A stretch of DNA of 63,920 bases, the filler included, from Octopus bimaculoides (lineage: Eukaryota), in assembly GCF_001194135.2 (NCBI RefSeq). It is 6 parts of 4 records of this genome, joined end to end, with 100 filler letters (N's around TTAATTAATTAA, not from the genome) between each part and the next. Parts side by side here need not be neighbours in the genome. Positions count along the whole stretch, not along the records: positions 1 to 28,200 come from NC_068998.1; positions 28,301 to 49,933 come from NC_068982.1; 4 more parts are not named here. One strand, given 5' to 3'. A program made the translations under genes and the position numbers. The notes under the pieces were generated by a model. That model saw nothing but the letters and a program-made list of their open reading frames with translations. It made no database searches and was not told where the DNA came from. Shown here one piece after another: positions 25,275-39,700 of the stretch. How positions within the stretch are numbered: the first letter of the stretch is position 1; each line of letters starts with the position of its first letter.

Positions 25275-25373
25275 CATTTGGCAGATATTGACAAGTGGGG
25301 AATAGACGTGTTTAAGATTTCAGAATATTCTAACAATCGACCATTGACTTGTGTTACATATACTATATTACAG
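25275..25373 (+). CDS. PDE4: PDE4 catalytic-domain exon (99 bp)
   Basis: ctctAG acceptor, HLADIDKWGIDVFKISEYSNNRPLTCVTYTILQ, GT donor at 25374. Phase 0-0, in frame with the previous exon; resembles PDE4 KWGLHVF...NRPLT. Confidence 0.95.
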
Positions 25374-25572
25374 GTCTGTAATCAAATTTATACTTTATTT
25401 AGCTCTTAAAATTAGTAACTGAAGCTTTGAAGCTTCTGTTGTAATTCAGTTTAATTTCATATGATGCACTTCTATTTAAATTCTATTTAAACTATATTGC
25501 CTAATTAACAATAATTATTAACCAGTGTTGAACTGAAGACAAAATAAATTTTACTATCTGAATAATTTACAG

Positions 25573-25737
25573 GAGAGAAATCTGCTGAAAACCTTCCAAA
25601 TTCCTGCCCAAACAGTTGTAACCTACTTGATGCATCTAGAAGACCATTACCACCGTGATGTTCCTTACCATAATGCTATGCATGCAGCAGATGTTACACA
25701 ATCAACTCATGTTTTACTATCAGTATCTGCTTTGGAG
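25573..25737 (+). CDS. PDE4: PDE4 catalytic-domain exon (165 bp)
   Basis: tttacAG acceptor, [11 protein letters not shown]...[40 protein letters not shown] donor. Contains the class I PDE YHNxxHAAD motif. Confidence 0.97.
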
Positions 25738-26310
25738 GTAAATATATTTTTATAAATAATTCATGTTTTGGATGAATGGTTAACTTGATAGGTTACCTCA
25801 ACTAATGTATAATTTTGTCATCTAGTCTATTCTGCTGAAAATAAATATTTCTGACTTATAATTACCTGGCATTGAAAAATGGATTGAGCAATCGAATATG
25901 TTCAGATAATTCATGAAAATACAATATGAAACATTTATTAAAATAAATTAAAAAATAAAAGTTACTATCAAAACTAAACCCTACCTTTTTTTTTTTGCTT
26001 AGATTTTAATCTTTTTACAATTTCTATTGTTCTCTTTCCTTCATTCCCTTTTCGTCATCATCATCATCATCATCATCATTAATTACAATGGACTAAGGTC
26101 AATTTCATCTTTCACACTTTTGGATAAAATAAAGTACCAGTCAAGTACTCAGATCTATGTAATCAACTAACTTCCTTTCATAATAGTTACTAGTTTTGTG
26201 CCTAAAATAGAAACTATTTTTATTACTATTGTTGCTGTCATGATCATCATCAGCATTATGCAGTTGTAAAGTGGCAGAATTGATACAATCCTGGAGTATT
26301 GCAGTATTTA

Positions 26311-27196
26311 TGAGGTGGTATCAAAAAGTTCCCGGACTAATTATATTTAATAAAGAATAATTTATCTACCGAAGTTTTAACATCATTCCCTTGTGCAGTA
26401 ATACACCATTCCAGCATTCCTGCCACTTTTGGAAACTGGCCTGGAAGTTGTTTAATGTAAGTGAGTTGAGGACCTTCTGAAATTCACTCTGGATCTCAAC
26501 AACAGAGATAAAATGGCGACCTTTGAGCTGCATTTTCATCTTGGAGAAGAGATGGAAGTGCACAGGCACTAAATCTGGGGAAAAGAGTGGGTACAGAACT
26601 GATACCATGTTTTGGGTGAGAAACTCATGAGTGAGGAGAGCTTTGTGATAGATTGCATTGTTGTTGTAAAGAATTCAGTTCTTTGCACTCCACAGATCCA
26701 GTCACTTTTATTAAATGCCTTCCCTCAAATGTTTCAAAACATTGAAGAAGAACTCTTGATTGATGGTTTGGTCCTGTGGTATGAATTCTTGATGCACAAT
26801 ACTGTGGATGTCAAAAAAATCAATGAGCATGCTCTTGACTGAGCTGCAACACTGTCATGCACTCATGCCACTTGAAACATTGCATACAACCCATTGCCTT
26901 GTCACTGTAAGCTTGCCAAAACATACTCAATTTCTCTGTAGCAAACTTCTCAAGTTTAACACAAAATTTCACATTGGCTCTTTGTTCCACCTTCTTTTCC
27001 ATGACAAAAATCACAAACTACAGTATACATGTGATCACAAAAACACAAATTTCACAACATGGAATGTAATCACAGTGATATCATTTGGCACACTGCTTCA
27101 TGAAGTCTCTATTAGCTCTCACTGTGTCTGCAACTGTGTGCTGCCATCTGTTGGCATGCAACATAACTAGTCTGGGAACATTTTGATACCCCCTTG
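26311..27196 (-). mobile_element. Internally deleted mariner with TIRs, in a PDE4 intron
   Basis: TIRs tgaggtggtatcaaaaagttcccggactaatt / aactagtctgggaacattttgataccccc flanked by TA. Minus strand encodes EQRANVKFCVKLEKFATE (N-terminus) and YPLFSPDLVPVHFHLFSKMKMQLKGRHF (C-terminus). Confidence 0.88.
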
Positions 27197-27366
27197 TTAA
27201 ATTCCTTTACATTATGAGTTCAAACTTGACTGGGACAATCTAATTTACTATGTCCCTCCTAAAGTACTATGCACTTATTTTAGAAATTTTTATTATGTAG
27301 TTTATATGTTGTTACTAATATTTAATATCATAGTATAATTCTGTATCAATATCTTCTTGATTCCAG

Positions 27367-27466
27367 AATGTATTCACTGATCTTGAAGTGTTGGCAGCAA
27401 TATTTGCCTGTACTATTCATGATGTTGACCATCCGGGTGTGACAAATCAATATTTAGTCAACACAA
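27367..27466 (+). CDS. PDE4: PDE4 catalytic-domain exon (100 bp)
   Basis: ttccAG acceptor, [33 protein letters not shown], phase-1 GTAATT donor. Contains the HDxxHxG metal-binding PDE signature. Confidence 0.97.
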
Positions 27467-27932
27467 GTAATTATGCTCTTTATTTATCTTTGAAACAGTT
27501 TTGTATTATGCCTTAACTTAGTTATTAAAATGATTTTGGTTCATAGATCTAATCTTATATCATCAGTTATGAATTTATCTCTTTAAGTAACTAATTTTTG
27601 TTATAACTCCCCATCCCCATTCCATACAATACTATCAAGAGGAATTAGATTCAATATTTTAAAATAATAAAGCACTTGTTAAATAATACAGTTATAGTTG
27701 ATGGCCTGACATTCATTAATGTAGCACTAATACAGTTTAGTTTATGTATAAATATACAGAGAAATATAAAACAGTCATGCACTGATACTAGAGAAATAGA
27801 ATACTTTTAATTTTAAACTTTGACTTTTTAAAGTTGATTTAAAAAAAAAAAATTTAATATAATGGAAGGGAAGGTAAAAGTGCTGAAGACAGGAAAATGG
27901 ATCCCTGTGAATGAAGCTTTTTGGAGCCATTC

Positions 27933-28196
27933 TGTTATATGGACTGTTAGATATGTAATTCGTCTGACGTTCCGTGTGTCATGTGGTTCGTCTGAGTTCA
28001 TTGTTTCATTGTTGTTGTCTTGTGGGACTGTCGTAGTAAAATGTCATTGATATATATATGGCGGACATGACTTTTGTTTATTCATAACGAACATTGGGTG
28101 AGTGCGTTCTTTGTATGTAATTGAACAATAAATGTAATAATTAAATTGTATAACTCGTTGTGTTATCTCTACGAGTCACCCGAGGGAAACATAACA
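27933..28196 (+). mobile_element. Solo LTR (264 bp)
   Basis: Terminal inverted TGTTAT...ATAACA and internal AATAAA at 28127-28132. Left flank is CATTC; right flank is CATT followed by the gap. CpGs are retained. Confidence 0.75.
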
Positions 28197-28200
28197 CATT

Positions 28201-28300
28201 NNNNNNNNNNNNNNNNNNNNNNNNNNNNNNNNNNNNNNNNNNNNTTAATTAATTAANNNNNNNNNNNNNNNNNNNNNNNNNNNNNNNNNNNNNNNNNNNN
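28201..28300. other. Artificial scaffold spacer N44-TTAATTAATTAA-N44
   Basis: Exactly 100 bp with a six-frame stop core, identical in design to four other spacers in the window. Confidence 0.95.
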
Positions 28301-28437
28301 TAGTAAGTCACCCTGGAAAATGCCACATGAAATTCTTACATCTCCAGCATTTAGAGATTCATTGTCATTGTTCAACATCAGTGTGGTTCTCCATGATCTC
28401 ATACTTACAGATAAAAAGTTTCGCAGAGTAGGAGCTA

Positions 28438-28507
<70 letters not shown>

Positions 28508-28539
28508 TTAATTATTATTATTTATAAACACTCAACAGA

Positions 28540-28870
28540 TTAGGCTGTTAGATATGAAAACATCCTAACATCGGGCAACAACGAGTAACCTTAAATGACA
28601 AGAACGCTCCTATGTATCCTAGCTGTCCCTAATAATATTGTTTTTTTGGAGCTGTACTAAACTGGGTTTTATGCCTATTTTTTGTATCCATCTGTTCAGA
28701 TCTTTAGGGATAATTCCCAAAGCATTTATTAGCTACCCACACGTTCCATAGTCTCTGTAAAACAGTAGCTAGGTCCTGGTACGATGCTATTTTTCCTATA
28801 CTCCTCATATTAACTTTTTCATCATTTGGGACAGTAAAGCCAGTTATCTGGCACTTACTGTTCTCTTTGT

Positions 28871-28930
<60 letters not shown>

Positions 28931-29160
28931 AATCAGGTCTTCTAGCTTTCTATTACTCGGTCAGGCTAAATGTTAAAGTCTCACGACATCTTATATTTCT
29001 TACTTTATATTACTTTTCTTTTTTCATGTCCATACCATTTATCAGTATGTTCAAATCCTAGCTTTCTACATAGCACACTGTGGATTTCTCTCCCTAGATT
29101 GTCATGTCTTTTCTTGTATTTTCTCTGTGCCAGCATGCTGCATTCACTTACTATGTGAGT
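28540..29160 (-). mobile_element. R4/Dong-like LINE fragments
   Basis: ESVTHIVSECSMLAQRKYKKRHDNLGREIHSVLCRKLGFEHTDKWY, the zinc-knuckle-adjacent region of RLE LINEs. Confidence 0.65.
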
Positions 29161-31764
29161 AACGCTTTCCGAGGTCGACTTTTCCATTCATCCTTTCGGA
29201 GTCGATAACATAAGTACCTGTGAAATATTGGGGTCGATGTAATTTCAACCCTTGAGCTTTTGCTAGAAAGGATAATTACGATTATTATATTAAAGTGACT
29301 GCTGTTGTTGCGTAGTAATGCTAAACAAACGTTGAAACGTTATCTTCTGTTTAACTAGTAAAATGTATTAGGTGCTAGTTTTAACTAAAATTGTTTAAAA
29401 TAATTGAAATATAAAAGACATCAGAAATAATAATTGCTGTTGTTCGTCTTTAACAAACAGATACACGGTTGTTAACGATCTTCGCTAATATTGATTAGTA
29501 TTTATAATGACAAAATTCAGCGTATGATTTAGAGTGCAGTGTGAAGATACAACACATTATTTGAAATGATTGATACAAAAGAGGGGAAAAAAAAATTCTG
29601 CCTTCCTCGACAATTTTTTTTATTTACACCGCATTGGAATTCTTAAATCAATACACATGACGTTTTTGTTTCCTAGGTAACAAGTGAGTTGCACACTTCT
29701 CAACAAATTTAATATTTACTTTTTAATATGGTGTTGTTTATTACCATTATTTTCTAGCTTTAAACGCTTGGTGGCCTAATTTAGTTTATACTCAATAAAC
29801 ACATGCCATCTCCCTTTCCGTGTAATTTGTACAGTAAATGAGCTCTTTGTGTGACAATGACTTCCACATAAAACATCACAGATGGCGCTCTCCTGACAGT
29901 TCTTCTTGACAGCTGTATGTTCTTCAGTCTGCTTCGTATCCATTAGAAAACAATGGCGCGTATTACTGTGAAGGATGATACTGATTACGATTGTCATGAT
30001 TATGAGAAAATCTTTGTTCATACTACTGTAGCCATTAGTTATGATGTCTATAGCAGTTGAGATGGAATCAGTGAATGAATGAAAATATCAATATTGCATA
30101 TGAAGAACGCAATGACGAATGGAATTTACCTTCTGATATAATGATACTGAGGTATTAAAATAGCATTTCAGTTCAGATGTCAGCTATATCGTGATATATG
30201 TGAAATTTTCTTGACTCGTTTTCAACGTTTATAAACCATAAATTCTACTAAATGCCTAAAATATCTTTAGTGTCTGTTATTTTTGTCATCTCATTCCTAG
30301 TTGACGTTTGGTGTTTTATTTATATGCAAATAATATATAAATATAGACAACAAAACAGCGAGCATTTTGCTACAGCTATTTTAGTACTGATATTTGTACA
30401 GCGACGTTAGATTATTTGGCATTTCAAATACTTGCGCACAAGAATATTTTAAATTAACCATACATGCACACACAACTGTGCCGCGTGTGTGCTGCTCGGA
30501 GTTAGTAACGAGTGGACTAGATTTCTGGGTAGTCGACAAAGAATGGAAGTGAAAAAAATGAGAAATACATACAGACAGATATATAAAGAGAAAGAATGAG
30601 GAGAATATAATGATATATATATGAAACATTTAAGTAGAAAATGGACTACTTCTTCTTCTTCTGCTATCACCCCCCCCCCCAAATTTCCTTGCTCTTACTT
30701 ATACGTATTTCTTCCCATTCTTCTTTTACCTCCGCTACCCAACATCTCTAATAAGTCATCAGACAAAAAGGGTAACTTTTACGTTCTTTGCTACTTCACA
30801 TTTCTTTTCTGAATAACTACTCCTCTCTTTCAAACATGTAAAAAGTGCTTGTCCTAGTCGTAAAGTGCTACTGTTTCCGAAACGTTCACTTGCTTCAATT
30901 GTAGTCATTAATTTTCTTTTTATAAATCCCCATAACGATTTTGATATTAAGTGCACTTCCAAAATTTTTACACAGTTCGATTAGGTGTTCTGCCAGCTAA
31001 TGTACTGCATATATAGGTTAGTGTGACAACCGTCTGAGCAGTCGATTCTAAGAAAATTATTTCGATGTTCGTAATAACGTTTTGAGAATCTTGAAAGTAG
31101 TAGTTTGCCACTTCAACTACTCGCGCTACTCCCTCCACTTTTTATCACCTTTCTATTTTTTTAACATTCTGCACCGAAAGCGAAGCCCAACATATAGCAA
31201 CCGGAGACCTCAGACTCGTCTAGTTCGAAACCAACATCCCTATTCATTAATTTCATTCTTATTATCTCATTCATTACTCATCGAGTGTTCGTATCTACTC
31301 ATCTCCCGCACAATACACGCTACCTCCCTAAAATTACCGAGTGCCTTCACCAGCAGCTTTGCTATCCTCCTGCCACTTCTCGCCTACAACCATCTTCGAT
31401 TTTACTGTATTCGATTTTTTGCAATCCCCATACCAATAAACATCTTTACTCTATATCCGTTTCCGTTAGTTAATGCTTGATAGCCTAGATCTGCTACTCT
31501 CTTAAAAATTCTATTAACCTTAAACATCCGTTGACAAACAATTAGTGCTAGTCTCAATTGATTAATTAATTTTTTTTGTAGTAGCAGTGGAATAATTAGA
31601 TATGTTAAATCGCGTATGTGTATACGCGATTATGAAAAGCTATCTTTTCAAACACACCAGTAATTAACTATTTTAATCCACCAGCTTCCTCGCTTCAGGT
31701 CAATTCCATGATGTTTGTGCATTTGTGTATAAAAGTAATGTATATGTGATAATATTCTTCTATT

Positions 31765-32307
31765 GGAAGGTGGTGAGCTGGCAGAAACGTTAGCACGCCG
31801 GGCGAAATATTTAGCAATATTTCGTTTGTCTTTACGTTCTGAGTTCAAATTCCGCCGAGGTCGACTTTGCCTTACATCCTTTCGTGGTCGATAAGTTGAG
31901 TACCAGCTGGGTTGATCTAATCGATGTGCCCCCTTCCCCAAAATTTCGGGCCTAGAGTAGAATAGAAGATTCTTGTACTAAGTAATGGAATGGGCTGGTA
32001 AAATGCTTAGCGTTAATTCGTCAGTCTTTACGTTCTTAGTTCAAATTTCATAGAAGTCGACTTTGCTATTCATCTTCTCTGGGTTGATACAATAAGTGCC
32101 AGGTGACCACTGGGGTCGATATAATCGAATTATCACTGCCCCTAATTTGCTGCCCTTACGTCAAAATTTGAAATCAGTATTCTAGGTGCAGGGTTGCTTG
32201 AGTTTAGTAAATCATTTGTCTTTTGATTGTTTCAAACATTAATCTGCAGCTATGCTGAGGCACCACCTTGAAGAATGTTAATCGAGTGAGTCGACGCCAG
32301 TATCATG

Positions 32308-32348
<41 letters not shown>

Positions 32349-33734
32349 CATATATATATATATATAAGCCCGGTACCTATTCTATTGGCCTTTTCTACTG
32401 AACCGCTTAGACACGGAGAGGTAAACATATCAGCACCGGTTTTGATGCGATGATGGCGACCAATCACAGGCACGAAGACACGCACACACACATATATATA
32501 TATATACACACATGGAAACTTTGAGTTGTGGCTGTTGGTACTGCCAACTACAATTGCTCTTGGAGTCAGACACTACGAACTCCTTTCGGTTTCTCTCTAC
32601 CAAATCCACCCACAAAGCCTTAGTCGGTCCGATATTATAGTGGAAGACAACATTTGCCCAAGTTGCCACACTGTGGGACTGAACCCAGAACCTTGTGGCT
32701 TAGAAGCAAGCTTCTTACTGCACAGCTTATTCGGAGGATTCTAATTGTTTGTTGTTTAAAAATAAAGTTTGAAGTTGATAATAATACATCTTTAGCGTAT
32801 GTTTTTACGCAGATTTTATGACATTTAAATTCTATAGATTTTATACGCCTTTCAGTGATGCATTCGGTATCTGTGTTAAGTCTTCTAACCGCATTGCTTA
32901 AATTCTCTGTACTCTACTGAAGAATGCACTCCTGCATCTTTATGGATTTGTTACTAATGACTGGACAATGCCTATAAACAAGGTTATGACAGACAGTGAC
33001 GGATTGCATAATCTTTGATAGTATTTATAAACATAGAAATCCCCGACAGAAGCGAAGTTTTTTGGTTGTGATATATTGTAAATTTTGCAAATCAACCAAA
33101 GTAAGTAATCTTACAAAGAGATATATATTGCTGAGATCTCCTGTACACGAAAATATATGCAAATCATTTCAGTGACATCAGTATCGGAAAATGTTGCAGA
33201 AAAAAGATGCTTCAAATCTGTGGAACAGTAGATGGACGAGAAAGTAAGATCACTTGCTCTGGTTGGTTTGAAAACTTCAGATTGTATCAAAGTCAAAAAC
33301 TTTGTTTCTGCAGGGGCTTTCTATGCTTATAATTTTAGGAAAAGTTGCCTTCTGCTTCACTAACGCATGGTGAACTCGTACAAACACACACACACACACA
33401 TTAACTTTCTCTAACAAACTCTCTCACTCATCACTCACCNNNNNNNNNNNNNNNNNNNNNNNNNNNNNNNNNNNNNNNNNNNNNNNNNNNNNNNNNNCCC
33501 CCCATAAATACACAGTGACATATAAACGCAAACAGTGTATTTTTGAACAATGCGCAAAAATTATCAACTGAAACCTGTTTAGGTGAGACAGTGTGAATCT
33601 TGTAAAATAAACATGATATCTCCAGCTGATATATGTATTAATGCGTCTCAACTCCGGTGATAATCATATACATTTTTCACCGGTATATTTACACACCTAC
33701 ACAAACACCCTAATGCTTATAAACATACACTTAA

Positions 33735-33806
<72 letters not shown>

Positions 33807-35040
33807 GCCATATTAATGCTCTTACACTGCGAAAGTAGAAAATTCTAAAGGATTATTATGTGAAATTATTTACCGTCCAGAAATAAGACTGTACATAGAC
33901 AGGGACAATTTTCTGCAGTCAGAGTTAATGGTTGTATGGTATCCTTGAAACGCTTTCGGAGTTTGTAATGAAAGCTGAATATGTTTTAGAATTGCTCTGT
34001 AGCCCCGGAGCCATCTAGAGTAAAAGAAAGTGGTCTCATATGAATTGAATACATTCTTTTGTTAGCTCCTATTCAATGAAGTGGTAAGAAAGTGGAGTTG
34101 TTTTTGTTCATTTTGTTGTGGTTGTCAGTGTTTTTGTTGTCGCTGTTGTTGATCTTGCTGACAGTGGTGGAAGATTTAGTGCTGGTGGTTCTATTTAAAC
34201 CCAATTCAAACCTTAAACGGTTTTGAACCAATAACAATGGCCAAGTATGATCTTGTATTATTTTATCCGATGTTTTCTCCGCCTTTTTTAAGAGTAATAT
34301 ACGATGTCAGGCAGCGTGGTTGTTAATTTGAGTTAATTACGACGTAATACTCTTTTACTCTTTTTCTTGTTTCAGTCATTTGACTGCAGCCATGCTGGAG
34401 CACCGCCTTGAGTCGAACAAATCGACCTAGGACTTATTCTTTGTAAGCCTACTACTTATTCTATCGATCTATTTTGCCGAACCGCTAAGTTACGGGGACG
34501 TAAACACACAAGCATCGGTTATCAAGCGATGTTGTGGGGACAAACACAGACACGAACATATACACACATACATATATACGTATATCCGACGGACTTCTTT
34601 CAGTTTCCGTCTACCAAATCCACTCACCAGGCTTTCATCGGCTCGAAACTATATTAGAAAACACTTGCTGAAGGTGCCAAGCAGTGGGACTGAACCCGGA
34701 ACCATGTGGTTTGTAAGCAAGCTACTTACCACAGAGCCACTCCAAAGCCTAAATAAAAAAAGCATGAATAAAGGATATAGTTCTAATTGAATTGACTTTG
34801 TTTTAAATGTCACTGCATTTTATTACACTAAGGATAATCCTTTCTACTGGAGGGAGAAGGCCACAAATTTCGGTGGGGAGGAGAATAGTTGATTACATCG
34901 ATCCCAGTGTCTCACATATTTATCTAGCCCCGAAAGGATAAAAAGACAAAGACGACCTTACCAGAATTTGAACTCAGAACGGGCGAAATACTGCTAAGCA
35001 TTTCGTACAGAGTGCTACCAACTCTGCTAGTTCGTCGCTT
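31765..35040. mobile_element. Cluster of CpG-retaining tRNA-derived SINEs (about five copies, both strands)
   Basis: For example ggtggtgagctggcagaaacgttagcacgccgggcgaaat...gagttcaaattccgccgaggtcgactttgcc at about 31770-31880, and a minus-strand copy at about 34350-34745. Confidence 0.8.
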
Positions 35041-35826
35041 TCGTTTTTACACTACGGATAATAGTGTACTATATGTAGAAGGATGTGATTCCATTACTGA
35101 ATAAGTTTAAACAATGAAATTACTATATATGTATTGCTATATATGAATATAATTTCATTTCGAATCGTATTTACGCTATTTCTTTATACCTTCAGTTATT
35201 ATTCACATATTTTGGCGCACTTATTATATCAATCACGTTGTTTATGAGATCCGTTTTAATGAAATATTATGAAAAGTTTAATAATTAATATAGAACAGCA
35301 TGCATGTAACAATGACCTAACATCAATGAAAATATATAAAAAACGAAATAATCTATAGAATTTAAAATATCGAAATTCCATTTACAAATTTCACTTTTCC
35401 CATTTTGTTCTGCTTTGCATCCGTTTCTTTGTTCATTTAGAATATAATATACAAGTGATCTTAGAGAAAATAGACACAAATTGTTTTGTTTTAAAGAAAG
35501 TTTAAAGTTCATTAACATTACGATCATAGAACTCATTATATTATCTACAGCGTCATCAAGTGTTACACACAGTTTCAAATTCTTTGTTGAAACCGTACAC
35601 AATTTTACGGTCGCATGTTTCGTCAGTAGTACATATGAGGATGTAAAGATGCACATACAAATAAAGGATTTGATTCAAATAAATATTAGGTAGCATGATA
35701 TAATTATGCATCAACACAAAGACACATATATGTGTGTATGTTCTGTGCACATGCACACTGATATGGTAATAGACGCACACACACACGCACGTACATGCGT
35801 ATATACATTATATTTATTTTTCTCTC

Positions 35827-35890
<64 letters not shown>

Positions 35891-36236
35891 NNNNNNNNNN
35901 NNNNNNNNNNNNNNNNNNNNNNNNNNNNNNNNNNNNNNNNNNNNNNNNNNNNNNNNNNNNNNNNNNNNNNNNNNNNNNNNNNNNNNNNNNNNNNNNNNNN
36001 NNNNNNNNNNNNNNNNNNNNNNNNNNNNNNNNNNNNNNNNNNNNNNNNNNNNNNNNNNNNNNNNNNNNNNNNNTATATATTCCTCTATTTACATAATATC
36101 GAGTTGTCATTCATTTTTTTGTCATTTTATTATTATTAATATATATATATGTATGTATGTATATGTATGTATGTATTTATGTATGTATGCATGTATATAT
36201 GTATGTCTATATACATATATGCATGTATCTCTATAC

Positions 36237-36730
36237 CTATTCCTTTATTTATTTATGCGTTTCAGCTAAGTGGCTGCGGTCATGCTGGAGCACCACCATG
36301 ACTTTCCTTCCTTATGCTATCTGCACGTTCCTTGCATGGCTCTCTTCCGCCAGCTGACGTAGTCCAATCAAGACTTTCGATGGCACATCTGGTGTAGAAG
36401 AGAATTTGACATCGCTGCCCTTAACTGTGACTCATTTCGAGCCATCGCTTCGTCTGGTATTGTGGATAGGAAAGTGTCGAGTTTTGTTTTGAAGACCTCT
36501 ACATCCATGTCTTGCAGGTCTCTCAATTGTTTTGGCAGGGCACTAAAGAACTGAGGTCCTCTGAAATCGAGGCTGTTGCAATACCTTGTTCTTACGTGAG
36601 ATGAAGTGGACGGTACCCTTGATACTATACAGTGGTTACCTGTGCGGGCATTCGTATAGTACTTGTTGCCAAATTTTGGTATTAGTCCTTCTAGTATTTT
36701 CCATATGTAAATTATTACGAAACACAGTTC
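36237..36730 (-). mobile_element. CR1/L2-like LINE 3' end
   Basis: IIYIWKILEGLIP...RGPQFFSALP..LRDL...FKTKLDTFLSTIPDE, followed by the 3' tail ggtgctccagcatgaccgcagccacttagctgaaacgcataaataaa. Confidence 0.8.
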
Positions 36731-36789
36731 AACATAGAAAACATATCGGATAACCCCTACCTGTTGAAAAACAGACCCAAAACCCACGC

Positions 36790-39700
36790 AGAAATTACCT
36801 CCAATTTATCTAACTCAAACCACAGACATTTTAGGGGACACAACTCCACCGACCTAACCTCCCTTATACCCCAAAATAACATTCAAACAACAAATAGGAA
36901 TTCAGCTCGTAATAGAAAATCTGGATGTAATTTTCAAGGACCCCTACATACAAATCAAAAGATCCAGCCACGCCTCCAGATTAACCTAAACTTTCGGGAA
37001 GCACTACCTACCAGTCTACCCCCAACATCTAAAAAGCCAATGGAAAAATTTGCTTCCTAGACTTAACCCTCAATATGGATACTTAAAGCATTCAACTAGA
37101 CACAACCTAACTAGACAACATAACTTTTCCCTCCACCCACATTACAAAATAAAAAATAAATTTAACCCAAACTACATCAACCATAGACAATATAACAACC
37201 CTCAGTACAACCATAATCTAGTCCGCTATACAGTCACCCCACTACAGTCATACTACCACAGACACATTACACACCCATTTTCTCTTCCTGAAACCAAACA
37301 CAATAGAGACCTCCCGCAACAATCCACCTACTACAACACTTTTTTAGACTTACATTCAGAGAAACAGTGATGTGAAATGCATCAAAATGTACAAGAATAA
37401 CCGAAAAGAATCAACTTATCAAAGAAAATCCTAAGTACTACACAAACTAAAATTCTAGCAAGAGGTTTAAAGTTTACACCAACCCCTCGCAGATCGAACC
37501 CAAATGAAATTAAGGATAACACTATGGATTTTTGTCGCAAATTGCGCTTCACAGAAGCACTCCACAACTACACTCAACAGTGAAAAAACAAAAGCGAATA
37601 CCGTCATACAAAACGGAGAAATGAAACACCTGATTTTCCTTTCAATACCCTACAAAAACAAGGAATTATATCCAACCTTGACACAAATGAGTGGAAATAC
37701 CTAATCGAGTTAAAAAATTATATAAACCTGACCATTAAAGAAGCCTATAAAGGAAGTGCGGTAGTAGTGATGGACACAAAGTAATATAAAAATTCAATAC
37801 TCTCCACGATGGAAAACAATATTTACTATGAGAAGATAATACAATATAACCCACAGAAGTCACTTAAAAACTTATCCCCCTCACTTCAAATACATGGAAC
37901 GGGCCTCACTAAAAACGAAATTGACTATTTATCCAATTTTAAATAGAGACCAAGTCTATTTTACGGATCACGTAAAATACACAAAAATCTACATATTTCT
38001 AAAGCTTGCAAAGATTCTCCAAGCCTATGCATTAATGTTCCTCCCACTACTGAACTCAAACTAAGACCCATCATTGCTGGCCCTGCTTGTGAAACTCACC
38101 GATGGAGCAATTTCCTCGAAATCTTACTCAAACTGTTTCTAAAATATGTGAAAAGCTTCATCAGGGATGATTCAGACATGCTTAACCACCCACCGAAGAG
38201 AATAAATGAAGGATCCCTGTTAGTATCATTCGATGTGGTGAACCTGTACACCAATATCCCAAACGATATTAGCATACAAACAATCACCTCCTGGCTAGAA
38301 AAATACTCAGAAGAAATCCCAGGACCCATCAACTACAGATTCGTAATTGCAGCACTGAAACTTATCACACTGAACAATTATTTCATGTTCGATACAATCT
38401 AATATCGACAAAAAATGTGAAATTGCGATGGGAACCCGAGCTGCCCCAGTGATCGCGAACCTTGAAATATACTTAAAATATACCAATCATCACTACAGAA
38501 ATATGGCACCTCATTTCATTGTTACTTAAAGGAGAACTGGAAGAGGTATTTAGATGATTGCTTCATACTTTGAAAGATAGCATGGACAAACACCTCGATT
38601 TTAAAATAATGCTCAACAATATCAGTAGCAACACAACAATAAACAACTCCCTTTTCTTGGCATCCTAATTAAAATAGTCAATAACCATATCGAAACAGAC
38701 ATCTTCTACAAACCCAGATTTAAAAAAGAAATACCTATTATTCAGCTCATACCACCCAAAATACATAAAATTAATATACCTTATAATATAGCGAAAATAA
38801 TCTGTACCATAGTTTCGGACACCAATACTCCTGAACGAAGACTCCTTGAACTCAGCTCAATACTAATCAAGATACATTACCCAACATCATTAATAAATGA
38901 TGGGATTAAACGACCAAAAGAAATAGACATACGCACATTAAGGGAAGTCAACCGAAATACTACACCAGATTTAAAAATACTCCCATACATCTCTACACAT
39001 AACTCTAGAAACAACGAAGCCTTCAACATTATCACTCCAAATTTTCCAATTCTCACAGGAGATAAAACAATGAACAAAATTGTTTGGCTCACACAAAATT
39101 ATCAAGAGCAAAATGCAACCGAAATCATTGAAAATATATTAACCAACGCAAGACTTTATCTATTAACAACGGAACTAAAAGTGAAAAAATGCGGTAGGCC
39201 TAACTGTGGCACATGCCCCCGCCTTTTGGAAGGTACAGAGTTCCACTTTAAACAAGGTGAAATATTTAAGATTAAATCAAATTTCACCTGTGCCTCGGAA
39301 AACCTAATCTATGCCATTACCTGCTTGGGGTGCAGTAATCAATATATCGACCAAACAGGAATATCACTCCGTCGAAGAACCACTCTCCACAAAGAACAAA
39401 TCCGTCACACAATACAGACAGATACAGGTCAGTGAGCACTTAGATAGGTGTGCTAGGAACCTTAATCCTAATTTCCTAATTTTCCCCTTCTATCGATGTT
39501 CACAGAACAACTCAGTACAACAAAGAATGAATAAAGAAGCAACTTTCATCAATAAATATCATCCACAACTTAACATGAACATAATATAATACAGAACACT
39601 ACTAACCTTATCAATAATGCCACTAACACCCATACATTCTTTATACCATTCACATTACAGTATTATATCGACCCTAACTGTACCACGTCCAGAACTACTT

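Noticed and set aside
28245-28256. TTAATTAATTAA palindrome recurring five times
   Set aside because: Always centred in exactly 44+44 Ns, so it is an assembly spacer, not a genomic motif or a CRISPR-like repeat.
32840-33360. Possible tyrosine-recombinase-like words (RASDL, HLFS)
   Set aside because: The spacing is incompatible with the R...HxxR catalytic arrangement, and the frames are broken.
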